From NCBI GenBank assembly GCA_030647965.1, contig JAUSIT010000038.1, positions 1 through 58,576 of the forward strand: DNA of 58,576 nt, read 5' to 3'. Each line of letters begins with the position of its first letter. The first letter of the stretch is position 1. The stretch comes from Nanobdellota archaeon. GTDB lineage: Archaea > Nanobdellota > Nanobdellia > Pacearchaeales > GW2011-AR1. The notes under the pieces were generated by a model. That model worked only from the letters and a program-made list of their open reading frames with translations, ran no database searches and had not been told where the DNA came from. This document shows, one piece after another, positions 1 through 8,832 of the stretch. Position numbers and translations under genes: made by a program.

Positions 1-273
1 TTCTTAGTAAACAGAAGAAAAGATTATGAATCAGGCGAGAACAAACATCTTTACGGAGCTGATTTAGACTTACAAAAAGAATTTGACATTAAAAAATTAA
101 AGAAAATGAGAGCTTACAAAGGAATAAGGCATCAATTAGGCCAGCCAGTAAGAGGTCAAAGAACAAAGTCACATTTCAGAAAAGAAAAGAAAAGAAAAGG
201 CGCAGTAGGAGTTAAAAAAGCTAAATCACCTGTTGCTCCAAAAGCTAAAACAGAAACTAAACAAAAAAAATGA
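1..273 (+). CDS. rps13: 30S ribosomal protein S13 (uS13), C-terminal part; 5' end lies outside the window
   Basis: Frame 1 is open from base 1 to TGA 271-273. Translation ...KMRAYKGIRHQLGQPVRGQRTKSHFRKEKK resembles the uS13 C-terminus. It precedes S4-S11-RpoD as in archaeal operons. Confidence 0.8.
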   Translation, partial: FLVNRRKDYESGENKHLYGADLDLQKEFDIKKLKKMRAYKGIRHQLGQPVRGQRTKSHFRKEKKRKGAVGVKKAKSPVAPKAKTETKQKK

Positions 274-282
274 TAAACTAAC

Positions 283-828
283 ATGGGCGATATAAAAAGA
301 AAAAGAAAATTATACAGAAGACCGAAAAAGGCATTTGATAGTGCAAGAATCGAAGAAGAAAATGTAATTATGGATAAATATGGACTTAAAAATAAAAGAG
401 AAATTTGGAAAGCAGAATCATGTGTTTCAAAATTAAGAAAAAGGGCTAAATCTTTAATTTCAAAATCTCAAGACGAAAAAGATAAATTTTTTGAAAAATT
501 AAATAATATGGGATTTGTTATAAATGATATTTCAGATGTTTTAAGTTTAACAAAAGAAAATTGGCTTGATAGAAGATTACAAACTTTTGTTTTTAAAAAA
601 AATTTAGCAAATACTCCTTCACAAGCAAGACAATTAATTGTTCATAAACATATTTCAGTTAATGGAAATATTGTTAATATTCCTTCTTTTATGGTTACTA
701 AAGATTTGGAAAATAAACTTGCTTTAAAAAATATAAATGTAAAACAAAAACCTAAAAAAGAAGAAAAAGTTGAAGAAGAAAATACAGAAGAAGCTGAAGA
801 AGAAAATAGTGAGGAACAAACAGAATGA
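283..828 (+). CDS. rps4: 30S ribosomal protein S4 (uS4, S9e type)
   Basis: N-terminus RKRKLYRRPKKAFD...YGLKNKREIWK and an S4 RNA-binding domain (QLIVHKHISVNG). ATGA overlap with the next gene. Confidence 0.9.
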   Translation: MGDIKRKRKLYRRPKKAFDSARIEEENVIMDKYGLKNKREIWKAESCVSKLRKRAKSLISKSQDEKDKFFEKLNNMGFVINDISDVLSLTKENWLDRRLQTFVFKKNLANTPSQARQLIVHKHISVNGNIVNIPSFMVTKDLENKLALKNINVKQKPKKEEKVEEENTEEAEEENSEEQTE

Positions 829-1211
829 CTAAAGATAGTGAGTTAACTGGAATTGTATATATTTATGCTAGTTTTAATAATACTATTGCTCAATTAACAG
901 ATTTAGCAGGAAATACTATTGGAAGAATTTCTGGCGGACAGATTACAAAACATAGTAGATTAAAAGCAAATCCTACAATTGCTATGTTTATTGCGAAAAA
1001 ACTTGCAGAATATGCAAAAGATTATGGTATTAATTCATTATATGTAAGAATCAAAGGTCAAACAAATTCTACAGGGGCAGGGCCGGGAGCAAACTCTATT
1101 GTAAAAACACTTTCAAAAGAAGGATTTAAAGTTATAAGTATATCTGAAATAACCAAAGTTCCAAGGGGCGGACCAAAGAAAAAAGGAGGCAGAAGAGGAA
1201 GAAGGGTCTAA
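825..1211 (+). CDS. rps11: 30S ribosomal protein S11 (uS11)
   Basis: GIVYIYASFNNTIAQLTDLAGN...GPGANSIVKTL is typical of uS11. Operon position after S4. Confidence 0.9.
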   Translation: MTKDSELTGIVYIYASFNNTIAQLTDLAGNTIGRISGGQITKHSRLKANPTIAMFIAKKLAEYAKDYGINSLYVRIKGQTNSTGAGPGANSIVKTLSKEGFKVISISEITKVPRGGPKKKGGRRGRRV

Positions 1212-1253
1212 AAACCTTTAAAAATAGAGAATAAATAAAAATAATATTAAACA

Positions 1254-1955
1254 ATGATAAAACAAATCGAAAAAACAGATGAAAAATTAATTTTCAGCAC
1301 AGATATGAATTATAGCTTAGCTAATGCCATAAGAAGAACAGTTAATGAAATACCAGTATTGGCTATTGAAGAAGTTGATATTTACAAAAATGATTCTGCA
1401 CTATATGATCAAATTATTTCACATAGAATAGGATTAATACCTTTAAAAAATCAAAAATTAAAAGACGGGCAAATTATTGAATTAAAATTAAGAGTAACTG
1501 GCGGAGATGTTTTAGCAAAAGAATTAAAAGGTCATGCAGAAGTTGTTTATGGAGATATTCCAATTGTTTTACTTGAAAAAGAACAAGAAATTGAATTAGT
1601 TGCAAGAGCAAGATTAGGAAAAGGAAAAGAGCATGCAAAATTTATTCCTGGTTTAGTTTATTATAGAAATTTACATAAAATAGAAATCTCTAAAGACGGA
1701 GAAAAACATAAAGAACTTGTAGAATTATATCCTAAACTTTTTGAATTCGATGGAAAATTAAAAGTTAAAAATGCATGGGAATGTGATTTAGAACAAGATG
1801 ATTTAAAAGATTTCAAAGGAATTACAATAGATCCAACAAATGAACTTGTTTTTTATATTGAATCATGGGGTCAGTTAAACCCAAAAGATATTTTCATAGA
1901 GTCTATTAAAGAACTTAATGACCAGCTATCAGAAGTATCTAAAGCTCTTAAATAA
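1254..1955 (+). CDS. rpoD: DNA-directed RNA polymerase subunit D (Rpo3)
   Basis: LANAIRRTVNEIPVLAIEEVDIYKNDSALYDQIISHRIGLIPL is the RpoD/alpha-like dimerisation motif. Conserved position after S11. Confidence 0.85.
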   Translation: MIKQIEKTDEKLIFSTDMNYSLANAIRRTVNEIPVLAIEEVDIYKNDSALYDQIISHRIGLIPLKNQKLKDGQIIELKLRVTGGDVLAKELKGHAEVVYGDIPIVLLEKEQEIELVARARLGKGKEHAKFIPGLVYYRNLHKIEISKDGEKHKELVELYPKLFEFDGKLKVKNAWECDLEQDDLKDFKGITIDPTNELVFYIESWGQLNPKDIFIESIKELNDQLSEVSKALK

Positions 1956-1961
1956 TGACAC

Positions 1962-2045
1962 GAGGAAGTGCCGGAGCGGTCAAACGGAACACGTTAAGGC
2001 CGTGTTGGCTTAGTGCCTGCAGGGGTTCGATTCCTCTCTTCCTCA
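1962..2045 (+). tRNA. tRNA-Leu, type II with long variable arm; the anticodon reads AAG by position
   Basis: Hand-folded cloverleaf: acceptor GAGGAAG/CTTCCTC, anticodon stem ACACG/CGTGT, loop TTAAGGC, 15-nt variable arm, T arm AGGGG-TTCGATT-CCTCT, discriminator A. No encoded CCA. Confidence 0.8.
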
Positions 2046-2048
2046 TAG

Positions 2049-2216
2049 ATTGAGGAATCGAAGAGTTCGAATGCTTCAATTCGTAAGAATTGGAGCCACC
2101 AAGAATCCAAGGGATTGTTGTGTGCACTGCAACTCGTAAGAGTTGGAGGATCCAAAAATTTCGTAAGAAATTTTTGTGAGCTCTCTTCCTCATAGGTAAG
2201 GAAACTACGTTTCCTT
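2049..2216 (+). ncRNA. Structured spacer: three paralogous GTAA-capped hairpins plus a fourth hairpin; function unknown
   Basis: CAATTCGTAAGAATTG (2077-2092), CAACTCGTAAGAGTTG (2130-2145), AAATTTCGTAAGAAATTT (2156-2173) and AAGGAAAC-TAC-GTTTCCTT (2198-2216). No credible ORF; the overlapping minus-strand ORFs are low-complexity. Confidence 0.35.
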
Positions 2217-2237
2217 GACCATCAACCTTCCTTAAAA

Positions 2238-2630
2238 ATGGAAAAAGAAAAAATGGAAAACAAAATAAGCAAAACAAAAATTGAGAAAAGATTAAGAACA
2301 AAAACAAATTCAGAATTAGTTGGAACAATAATAAAACTTAAAAAAACAAATCCTGAAATTGCAAAAATTCTTGCAATGCCAAAAAAGAAATGGATTGCAA
2401 TAAACTTAGATTTAATTGATAAAAAATCAAAAGAAGGAGATAAAGTATTAGTGCCTGGAAAAGTTTTAAGCTCTGGAAATTTAACAAAAAAAATAAAAAT
2501 TGTTGCATGGTCTATTTCAAAAAATGCAGCTGAAAAAATAAAACAGGCAAAAAGTGAATTTGTCTTAATGCAAGAAGAAATGAAAAAAAATCCTGAACTA
2601 AAAAATTTAAACATGATAAAAAATGACTAA
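2238..2630 (+). CDS. rpl18e: 50S ribosomal protein L18e
   Basis: Basic, roughly 130-aa protein (KTNPEIAKILAMPKK...VLVPGKVLSSG) in the canonical L18e-L13-S9 position. Confidence 0.85.
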   Translation: MEKEKMENKISKTKIEKRLRTKTNSELVGTIIKLKKTNPEIAKILAMPKKKWIAINLDLIDKKSKEGDKVLVPGKVLSSGNLTKKIKIVAWSISKNAAEKIKQAKSEFVLMQEEMKKNPELKNLNMIKND

Positions 2631-3015
2631 AATAATTATTGATGCAGAAAACGAAGTTGTTGGAAGAATGGGAAGTTATGTTGCAAAAGAATTACTTAAA
2701 GGAAATGAAGTTATGATAGTAAATTCTGAAAAAGCAATAATTTCAGGAAACAAGGATGATATTGCTGGAAAATTAAGAAAAACAAGAAAAAAGGGTGGAT
2801 ATTCTATGAAAGGTCCTTTAATTTCAAAAATGCCTGATAGATTATTAAAAAGAATGATAAGAGGAATGTTGCCTTGGGAAACTCAAAGAGGAAGAACTGT
2901 TTATAGAAATTTAAAGTGTTATGTTGGAAATAAAACAAATGAAAAAGCAAAAAAATTAAACATTCAATTACCAAGAAAATATATTACAATTAAACAGATG
3001 ATAGATTTACTATGA
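2623..3015 (+). CDS. rpl13: 50S ribosomal protein L13 (uL13)
   Basis: IIDAENEVVGRMGSYVAKELLKG...MLPWETQRGR is typical of uL13. Overlaps its neighbours. Confidence 0.9.
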   Translation: MTKIIIDAENEVVGRMGSYVAKELLKGNEVMIVNSEKAIISGNKDDIAGKLRKTRKKGGYSMKGPLISKMPDRLLKRMIRGMLPWETQRGRTVYRNLKCYVGNKTNEKAKKLNIQLPRKYITIKQMIDLL

Positions 3016-3413
3016 ACTTCATGATAACTTCTGGAAAAAGAAAGACTGCAATAGCAAAAGCTACAATAAAATCTGGAAGTGGGATTATAACAATAAATAA
3101 AAAACCTGTTGAATTTTTTCCAATGCTTGCTCAATTAGAATTAAAAGAACCTTTAATGATCGCAGAAGAAACTCTTGGAAAATTAGAATTTGATATTAAT
3201 GTTAATGTTCATGGTGGCGGAACTGCATCAAGAATTGAAGCTTCAAGATTAGCAATTGCAAGAGCAATATTAAAATTTACAAAAAATGAAAAAATAAAAG
3301 CAGATTATTTAGTTTATGATAGAAATATGCTTGTTGCAGATACAAGAAGAAAAGAAGCATACAAACCAGGAGATTCAAAAGCAAGAGCAAAGAGACAGAC
3401 TTCTTATAGATGA
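3012..3413 (+). CDS. rps9: 30S ribosomal protein S9 (uS9)
   Basis: GKRKTAIAKATIKSGSG...GGGTASRIEASRLAIARA...PGDSKARAKRQTSYR is the uS9 signature, including the C-terminal YR. Confidence 0.9.
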   Translation: MNFMITSGKRKTAIAKATIKSGSGIITINKKPVEFFPMLAQLELKEPLMIAEETLGKLEFDINVNVHGGGTASRIEASRLAIARAILKFTKNEKIKADYLVYDRNMLVADTRRKEAYKPGDSKARAKRQTSYR

Positions 3414-3561
3414 TTATTTTTTAATATATATAATCTTAAAAACCTATTTCAAAAGTTATTCTAATCAGAAAAATCTTCTTATTATTTGTGAGATTTTTGG
3501 GATGATCCAAAATTTAGAATCATAATTATATTTAAATACCTCAAAATAAGATTTTAAATTT

Positions 3562-4194
3562 ATGGACATGATAAAAGCATTATTATTTGATCTTGATGGA
3601 ACATTAATCCATACTTCAGAAGAATATAGGTATAGTATTTTGGAAAAAACTTTAGGAGAATTAGGAACTTCTGCATCTAAAAAAGATATGGATAAATTTT
3701 GGTTTAAATCAGGAAGAGATAGATTAATTACAAATAATTTTCAGGTAGATTCTGATGAATTTTGGGAAATTTTTCAAAAATATGATTATATAGACGCTAA
3801 AAAAAATTTTATTAAACCTTATGAGGATGTTAATTTTATAAAAGAAATGAAAAAAGCTGGATTTAAGATCGGAGTAGTTACTGGAGCTAAAGAAAGTATT
3901 GCTTTTCTTGAATTAGGATTAATAGGAATCGAAAATTTTGATTCAGTTATAGCTGCAGGATATTCTGATATTAAACATAAACCAGATCCAGAAGGAATAA
4001 ATCTTTGTTTAAGTCAACTTAAGATTAATAATAAAGAAGCAGTTTATGTTGGAAATTCTGAAGAAGATATTTTTGCTGCAAGAAATGCAGAAGTTCTTGA
4101 TTTTTTAATAGATAGAAAAGAATGCAAATTTCCAAATTTACATCCTTCTTTTAAAATAAACTCGTTATATGAATTAAAAAATTATATTTTCTAA
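3562..4194 (+). CDS. HAD-superfamily hydrolase (phosphatase-like)
   Basis: HAD motif I, LFDLDGTL, near the N-terminus; later VTGA... and GNSEED motifs. Confidence 0.75.
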   Translation: MDMIKALLFDLDGTLIHTSEEYRYSILEKTLGELGTSASKKDMDKFWFKSGRDRLITNNFQVDSDEFWEIFQKYDYIDAKKNFIKPYEDVNFIKEMKKAGFKIGVVTGAKESIAFLELGLIGIENFDSVIAAGYSDIKHKPDPEGINLCLSQLKINNKEAVYVGNSEEDIFAARNAEVLDFLIDRKECKFPNLHPSFKINSLYELKNYIF

Positions 4195-4197
4195 TTA

Positions 4198-4530
4198 TTA
4201 ATTCCCAGTACCATCTGCCTGTCTTTCAGTATAACCACATTTTTTACATTTGAATAAATAAACATCTGATTCATCGCTATAAGATGCTCCTAAATCAGTA
4301 ACTTCTGATTGGCCATAGCCACATTTAGAGCATTTATGAGGAAATCCTTTTAGATTTTTTTTCTCAACAGCAACACCTTTTCCTAATTTAACTTTTGTTT
4401 CTTTTTCTGAAAAAACTAAATCAGAATGAGTTTCTTTTTTATATCCGCAGCTGCAAACAAGAAATTTTTCTCCATAAATAGTTTCTAATTCCAAAACTTT
4501 CTTACATAATGGGCAAAATTTTAAATGCAT
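4198..4530 (-). CDS. tfs: Transcription factor S / RNA polymerase subunit M-like zinc-ribbon protein
   Basis: N-terminal CPLC...CSCG and C-terminal CSKCG...CKKCG zinc ribbons, with an acidic SDESD loop between the last cysteine pairs. Confidence 0.65.
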   Translation of the reverse strand: MHLKFCPLCKKVLELETIYGEKFLVCSCGYKKETHSDLVFSEKETKVKLGKGVAVEKKNLKGFPHKCSKCGYGQSEVTDLGASYSDESDVYLFKCKKCGYTERQADGTGN

Positions 4531-4531
4531 T

Positions 4532-5059
4532 TTAATCTTTTTTTAGTTTTTCTTTTAATTTTCTCTGAACAGCATAAAATAATTCTTGAGAAATTAAAGA
4601 TTTATGATTACCTTTATTTAGTTTACCTGCAAATTTTATTTCCCCTAAATATGTTCTGTTAGTTAGTATTTTTTTAAGGCCATTAATAGAAAGCCCGTAA
4701 TTTTTTGAAAGAGTATTTAGAGAATATTCTTTTTCTAAAAAAGTTTTGAATAGTGAATGAACTTTTGCTGCATCTTCATTCATTTCTAATTCCCCATTAA
4801 CTACATTATAACCTAAAGGAGCACGAGTCATAAGTTTGCCTTGTTTTGCTTTTTCATCCATTCCTTCTTTTAATCTATCTCCTGTGCTTTGATTATATTT
4901 CCTAAAAGTATCTATTAATTTCCAATCTAATTTTTCAGTTAAATATTTATCAAAATCATCTTGATTGTCCGGAGCAAAATGAGAGCAAACTCTACATAAA
5001 TTTTTCTCAAATTTTTTACACTCTTTTTGATCTTTATAGCTGCATTTTTCACAAACCAT
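4532..5059 (-). CDS. Recombinase-domain protein (serine-recombinase 'Recombinase' domain without a resolvase catalytic domain) with an N-terminal Cys-rich segment
   Basis: RAPLGYNVVNGELEMNEDAAKVHSLFKTFLEKEYSLNTLSKNYGLSINGLKKILTNRTYLGEIKF resembles the recombinase domain of large serine recombinases. No catalytic Ser-domain motifs are visible. Confidence 0.5.
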   Translation of the reverse strand: MVCEKCSYKDQKECKKFEKNLCRVCSHFAPDNQDDFDKYLTEKLDWKLIDTFRKYNQSTGDRLKEGMDEKAKQGKLMTRAPLGYNVVNGELEMNEDAAKVHSLFKTFLEKEYSLNTLSKNYGLSINGLKKILTNRTYLGEIKFAGKLNKGNHKSLISQELFYAVQRKLKEKLKKD

Positions 5060-5127
5060 ATTTATATAAGAAAAAATATAGATTTAAAGTTATCTGATAT
5101 GAAGAAATTTTTTAATAAGAAAATTAA

Positions 5128-5676
5128 TTATCTTGTTTTAAAATAAAAAAAAGCTACAGCAATTCCTGCAATAAATAAAGCTGCTCCAAGAACATTTGAA
5201 GAAGTTTGAGTTAAATCAGAGATAACATTTCCAGTAATATTAGCAGATAAAAAAAATATCCCAGCTACTATTCCTAAAATAGAAGTTATTCCAACCAGAC
5301 CAGTATTATCACTTTTTTGATGCATCCCTAATTTCTTTCTTTCAAAATCATAAACTTCTTTTGCATCTTTACCAAGTTTAGTAAATAAAGTATTATATTG
5401 CTTATCGAGTTTTATAGCTTCTTTTTGTCCTTGTTCGTATAATTTGTCTAATCTCTCTTTAGCATCATAATAATTACCTCGAGCATCCTCATAATCAATC
5501 ATTGTGGTTATTACTCCACGTCCAAAATTACCATAATCATAACGATCATCAGGATTATGCGAACATACACGGTCTAATACACTGTCTACTGCATCAGCTT
5601 TGCGTTCTTTTTTCCTCAAAGCAGATTCATATTTTGCCCTGTGTTCTCTTTTTTTAAATAAATCTAATAAACCCAT
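5128..5676 (-). CDS. Hypothetical membrane-anchored protein
   Basis: Long ORF with two C-terminal hydrophobic segments (GLVGITSILGIVAGIFFL, LGAALFIAGIAVAFFYF). No family recognised. Confidence 0.45.
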   Translation of the reverse strand: MGLLDLFKKREHRAKYESALRKKERKADAVDSVLDRVCSHNPDDRYDYGNFGRGVITTMIDYEDARGNYYDAKERLDKLYEQGQKEAIKLDKQYNTLFTKLGKDAKEVYDFERKKLGMHQKSDNTGLVGITSILGIVAGIFFLSANITGNVISDLTQTSSNVLGAALFIAGIAVAFFYFKTR

Positions 5677-5749
5677 AAGATAATTTAAGTTTGGATATTT
5701 AAATACTTTTCTTAGTAAATCAGAAATGAAGTGCCGTCTACAAAATTAT

Positions 5750-6307
5750 CTAATGAATATCAATTCGTTTAGAACTTATTTTCCCCTTTAATAAAGTTGT
5801 ATAATCATAATCTCTAAATAAATGATGGGCAAATCCATCTGCTAGTGCTCCAAGATATGTTTTTTCTCTTTTTGGCTTAAATCCTTTTTCTTTTGGCAAA
5901 TCTAAGATATTAATATCCCTAGGTTCTAATAAATTATAATAAGCAATATTTTTTCTAAATAAATCTATTTGAGAATCTTTTAAATAACCATCAACTAAAA
6001 CATTTAATTTTTTTGGATACATGCAATTTTTTATCAAACCAGTAATTAATTCTAAACCAACTTCTATAATTAGATTTTCACCATATTTTTCATAATTTTT
6101 TTTAGAAATAATTGAATACCTCATATCTCTTCCATTTTCTAAAGACTTGAATAAAAGAGAATTATCTTTTCTAAGTTTTTTAGTAGGTGTGATTATTATA
6201 TCTTTTTCAAAAGGGGAGGCAATTGCTGTAAAAATTTCAGGAAATCGGCCGTGGTTAGATTCGTCTATTGCAACATTTAACGAGTTTTCAATACCCTTTA
6301 AGGCCAT
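5750..6307 (-). CDS. Hypothetical protein
   Basis: 185-aa ORF with an AT-rich promoter-like region upstream. N-terminal VAIDESNHG is weakly DUF3800-like; this is not a supported assignment. Confidence 0.4.
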   Translation of the reverse strand: MALKGIENSLNVAIDESNHGRFPEIFTAIASPFEKDIIITPTKKLRKDNSLLFKSLENGRDMRYSIISKKNYEKYGENLIIEVGLELITGLIKNCMYPKKLNVLVDGYLKDSQIDLFRKNIAYYNLLEPRDINILDLPKEKGFKPKREKTYLGALADGFAHHLFRDYDYTTLLKGKISSKRIDIH

Positions 6308-6429
6308 AAATTCTAAAGAAAATTTTAATATAAAAGGATTTAGGTGTTAAAACATTAAAATCTCTATAAAACAATATATATATATTTGTATAAAGCAATT
6401 CTTTTAAAGTAAGAAGTTTATAAATTATT

Positions 6430-6774
6430 ATGGAAAGAAGAAATTTTTTAGAGAAAATGGCTTTAATTCCAATAATAGCTTATACAGGATGTTCTCAAGA
6501 TAAAACCCAAATACAAGAATATAGGGTTGCTATGAAAAAGGATGCTTTTTCAACTTTTAATTCTATATGTAATGATCAAGATAATAATAGCTATTTCCCA
6601 GGATCTAAATTAGGTTTAGGTGAAAAAATAGTTATACAGCTTGGACCTCGGGATGAAAAAAAATATGCAGAAGGAGATAGTTTAATTCTTGCTCCAAGAA
6701 AAAGAGTAAATTTTGAATGGAATAATATAAAAAGAGATGTTTATTTTGTTAAAAAATCAATAAACTTGAAATAA
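6430..6774 (+). CDS. Hypothetical lipoprotein-like protein
   Basis: N-terminal hydrophobic segment followed by AYTGCS (lipobox-like Cys). Confidence 0.4.
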   Translation: MERRNFLEKMALIPIIAYTGCSQDKTQIQEYRVAMKKDAFSTFNSICNDQDNNSYFPGSKLGLGEKIVIQLGPRDEKKYAEGDSLILAPRKRVNFEWNNIKRDVYFVKKSINLK

Positions 6775-6788
6775 AATTTTCTTAGAAA

Positions 6789-7685
6789 TTAAGCCTTTAA
6801 TTCTTTAAAAAAATAGGTTTTATGTAATTTTGATTTTAAATTTCTGGGAACAAAATTTTTAGGATAGGGTTTTGCAAGGGTATTTAAAATTTCTTCATGA
6901 GTCTGCTTAAAAACTTGCTTATCCTCTTCAATATAATCTTCTAATTTTGAATAATTAAAAAAACTATCAGAAAAATTAGTTAGTTGTGCTAATTGTTTAA
7001 ATTTTTCAATATAATCTTGCGGTTTATTATAAATGTCTGCATGAAGTTTGAAAAAATTATATCTAAATTCCACTAAGTCATATAAAATATTTAATGGTAT
7101 AGGATTTTTTAAATTTCCTGTTTTTAATTCAGGATTTATTAAATCATAAAGTTTTACCATATCATTCATTCCAACCCTTATGCAACCACTTGAGCAAGGA
7201 GTTCCTAAAGTAAATTCATCTGTTGTTGAATGAATAACACAACTAGTAATCTCTTTATTTGTTTTTTGATCTTTTATTTTCATTCCTAACCCTCTAATTT
7301 CATTATAAGGCATTTTATATGCTTGAGGTTTTCCATTTTCATCAAAAGTATTTGTCCATCTTATTATATCTCCTTTTTTTAAATTTAATAAAGGATAATC
7401 TGCTCCATATCTAAAGATTACTTTTTCTCTTTTATCTGAAATAAATCCATTCCCTAGGGGGGTTGGTGCTCTTCCATTACTTCCTTTTCCAATACCGACT
7501 TCAAAGGAGTATTGCTCTCTAAATTTTCCATTTTCAAAATTAATTAAATCTAGGGAATAGGAAGGTAAATTTATTATTATTTTTTGCTCTAAATCTTGAG
7601 TTTCACTGCCAAAAGAACTTTGTGAAATTGGCAATGCTAAAATAGAACTTGTTTTTATAAAATCCCTTCTAGTTAGTTGTTTCAT
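6789..7685 (-). CDS. L,D-transpeptidase (YkuD) domain protein with a twin-arginine signal
   Basis: N-terminal TRRDFIKTSSILALP (Tat-like). Catalytic motif HSTTDEFTLGTPCSSGCIRVGMNDM fits the YkuD pattern H-x-T...G...S-x-GC-I/V-R. Confidence 0.75.
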   Translation of the reverse strand: MKQLTRRDFIKTSSILALPISQSSFGSETQDLEQKIIINLPSYSLDLINFENGKFREQYSFEVGIGKGSNGRAPTPLGNGFISDKREKVIFRYGADYPLLNLKKGDIIRWTNTFDENGKPQAYKMPYNEIRGLGMKIKDQKTNKEITSCVIHSTTDEFTLGTPCSSGCIRVGMNDMVKLYDLINPELKTGNLKNPIPLNILYDLVEFRYNFFKLHADIYNKPQDYIEKFKQLAQLTNFSDSFFNYSKLEDYIEEDKQVFKQTHEEILNTLAKPYPKNFVPRNLKSKLHKTYFFKELKA

Positions 7686-7766
7686 AGAAAGATGATAAAA
7701 AGAGGGTTATTAAAATTTTCTTAATAAACTATATAAGGTCTGATTTCCTTTAATAGATAGATTAAA

Positions 7767-8075
7767 ATGATTGATAATAATACTTTTGAAACATTAGAAC
7801 AAATGATTTATTCTAATCAGCCGGTTGTTTATACAAATTTTTCTGAAGAATATGGGGATCATTTAATAGAACCTTTAATTCCTTTAATTTGTGCAGGTAT
7901 TCTTAAAACCACTAAATATCAATCAAATAATAATGAATGCCGTTTATTTGAGTTAAATCCAAGGATTATAAAAATAATTAAGGAAAATCCTGAACATAAA
8001 AGAGAGTTTTATGAAACTCTTGCAGACGAAGTAGTTGATGAAGATTTATTTTTAGAATGTTCAAGAGGAAATTAA
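7767..8075 (+). CDS. Hypothetical protein
   Basis: 102-aa ORF; no recognisable motif. Confidence 0.35.
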   Translation: MIDNNTFETLEQMIYSNQPVVYTNFSEEYGDHLIEPLIPLICAGILKTTKYQSNNNECRLFELNPRIIKIIKENPEHKREFYETLADEVVDEDLFLECSRGN

Positions 8076-8076
8076 T

Positions 8077-8236
8077 AAAAAATCCCCCTAAAAACTACTT
8101 TGGATTTTTTAAATGTCAAGAATTTACGAATTCTTGAGCACAATTCAAAACAAAATTCTCCTTGGAGAATTTTTCAAAGTTTTGGATGCCTCAAACTGGG
8201 AACGACAAATCTATAAGTTACATCCGGTTTGAGCAG
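8077..8236 (+). ncRNA. RNA-C copy 1: candidate structured RNA or repeat made of four consecutive hairpins
   Basis: Collinear with 26336-26510. It contains an HP-A hairpin at 8113-8141 and a terminal helix CAAACTGG/CCGGTTTG that covaries with copy 2. Confidence 0.4.
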
Positions 8237-8270
8237 GAAGATATTTAAACTAAAGATCATTTAGTTTAAT

Positions 8271-8504
8271 ATGGCCTTATTAAAAGAGGAATTAGCTAAT
8301 TTTAAACAGTATTATTTCAATTACTTTTCAGAATTTGTTGCAAAACCTTTGAAAAACGTAAGAGATAATTTTTTCAATGGTTTATATGAACCTTATATAA
8401 CAGAAGAAAGAGAAAAATTAGGTCTTGATCGTTTTTTTAGTAAGGGATTACATTTACCTAGATTAGAATTAGATAATAATTTTAGACCAATAAGGCTTCT
8501 TTAA
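8271..8504 (+). CDS. Hypothetical protein
   Basis: 77-aa ORF; no motif. Confidence 0.3.
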   Translation: MALLKEELANFKQYYFNYFSEFVAKPLKNVRDNFFNGLYEPYITEEREKLGLDRFFSKGLHLPRLELDNNFRPIRLL

Positions 8505-8516
8505 ATAAAAATAAAT

Positions 8517-8750
8517 TTAGGTCCTTAAAGGGATTTTATCTTTATTAAAATAAAGTATTAGTGCTAAAAGAGATTCTAAATTAGAGTCTTTTACTATTAT
8601 ATCTGCTTCTCTTGAGGAAATAGAACGATAAAGAATTGTTTTTACTCCTGGACCTTCAATATCTATTTGAGTTTTATAACTTTTAATAAAATAATTGTTA
8701 CCATTAATACTTATAGAATAGGGCTTTGAAGAATTTTCCTCTTTTTCCAT
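8517..8750 (-). CDS. Hypothetical protein
   Basis: 77-aa ORF with a TTTAAA-type box upstream; no motif. Confidence 0.3.
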   Translation of the reverse strand: MEKEENSSKPYSISINGNNYFIKSYKTQIDIEGPGVKTILYRSISSREADIIVKDSNLESLLALILYFNKDKIPLRT

Positions 8751-8832
8751 GTTTTTAATAGAATAACTAAGTATTTAAAAATTTGGTTGATTAAAAATAT
8801 TAATGAATAGAAGAATTTCAGAGGAGATTTAA

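Noticed and set aside
2046-2195. A second (split, permuted or intron-containing) tRNA ending at the duplicated CTCTCTTCCTCA
   Set aside because: GAGGAAT at 2052-2058 could pair with most of the duplicated acceptor strand. However, there is no T loop next to the second copy, no 7-nt anticodon loop (the hairpins have GTAA tetraloops) and no GG-containing D loop.
1948-2614. Minus-strand ORFs 1948-2328 and 2222-2614
   Set aside because: They overlap the tRNA-Leu gene and the well-supported L18e gene on the opposite strand. They translate to low-complexity F/L/I-rich peptides typical of antisense frames in AT-rich DNA.
3316-3525. ORF 3316-3525 (+)
   Set aside because: It is out of frame and overlaps the conserved 3' end of the S9 gene. 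The rest runs through AT-rich intergenic sequence, and the peptide has no motif.
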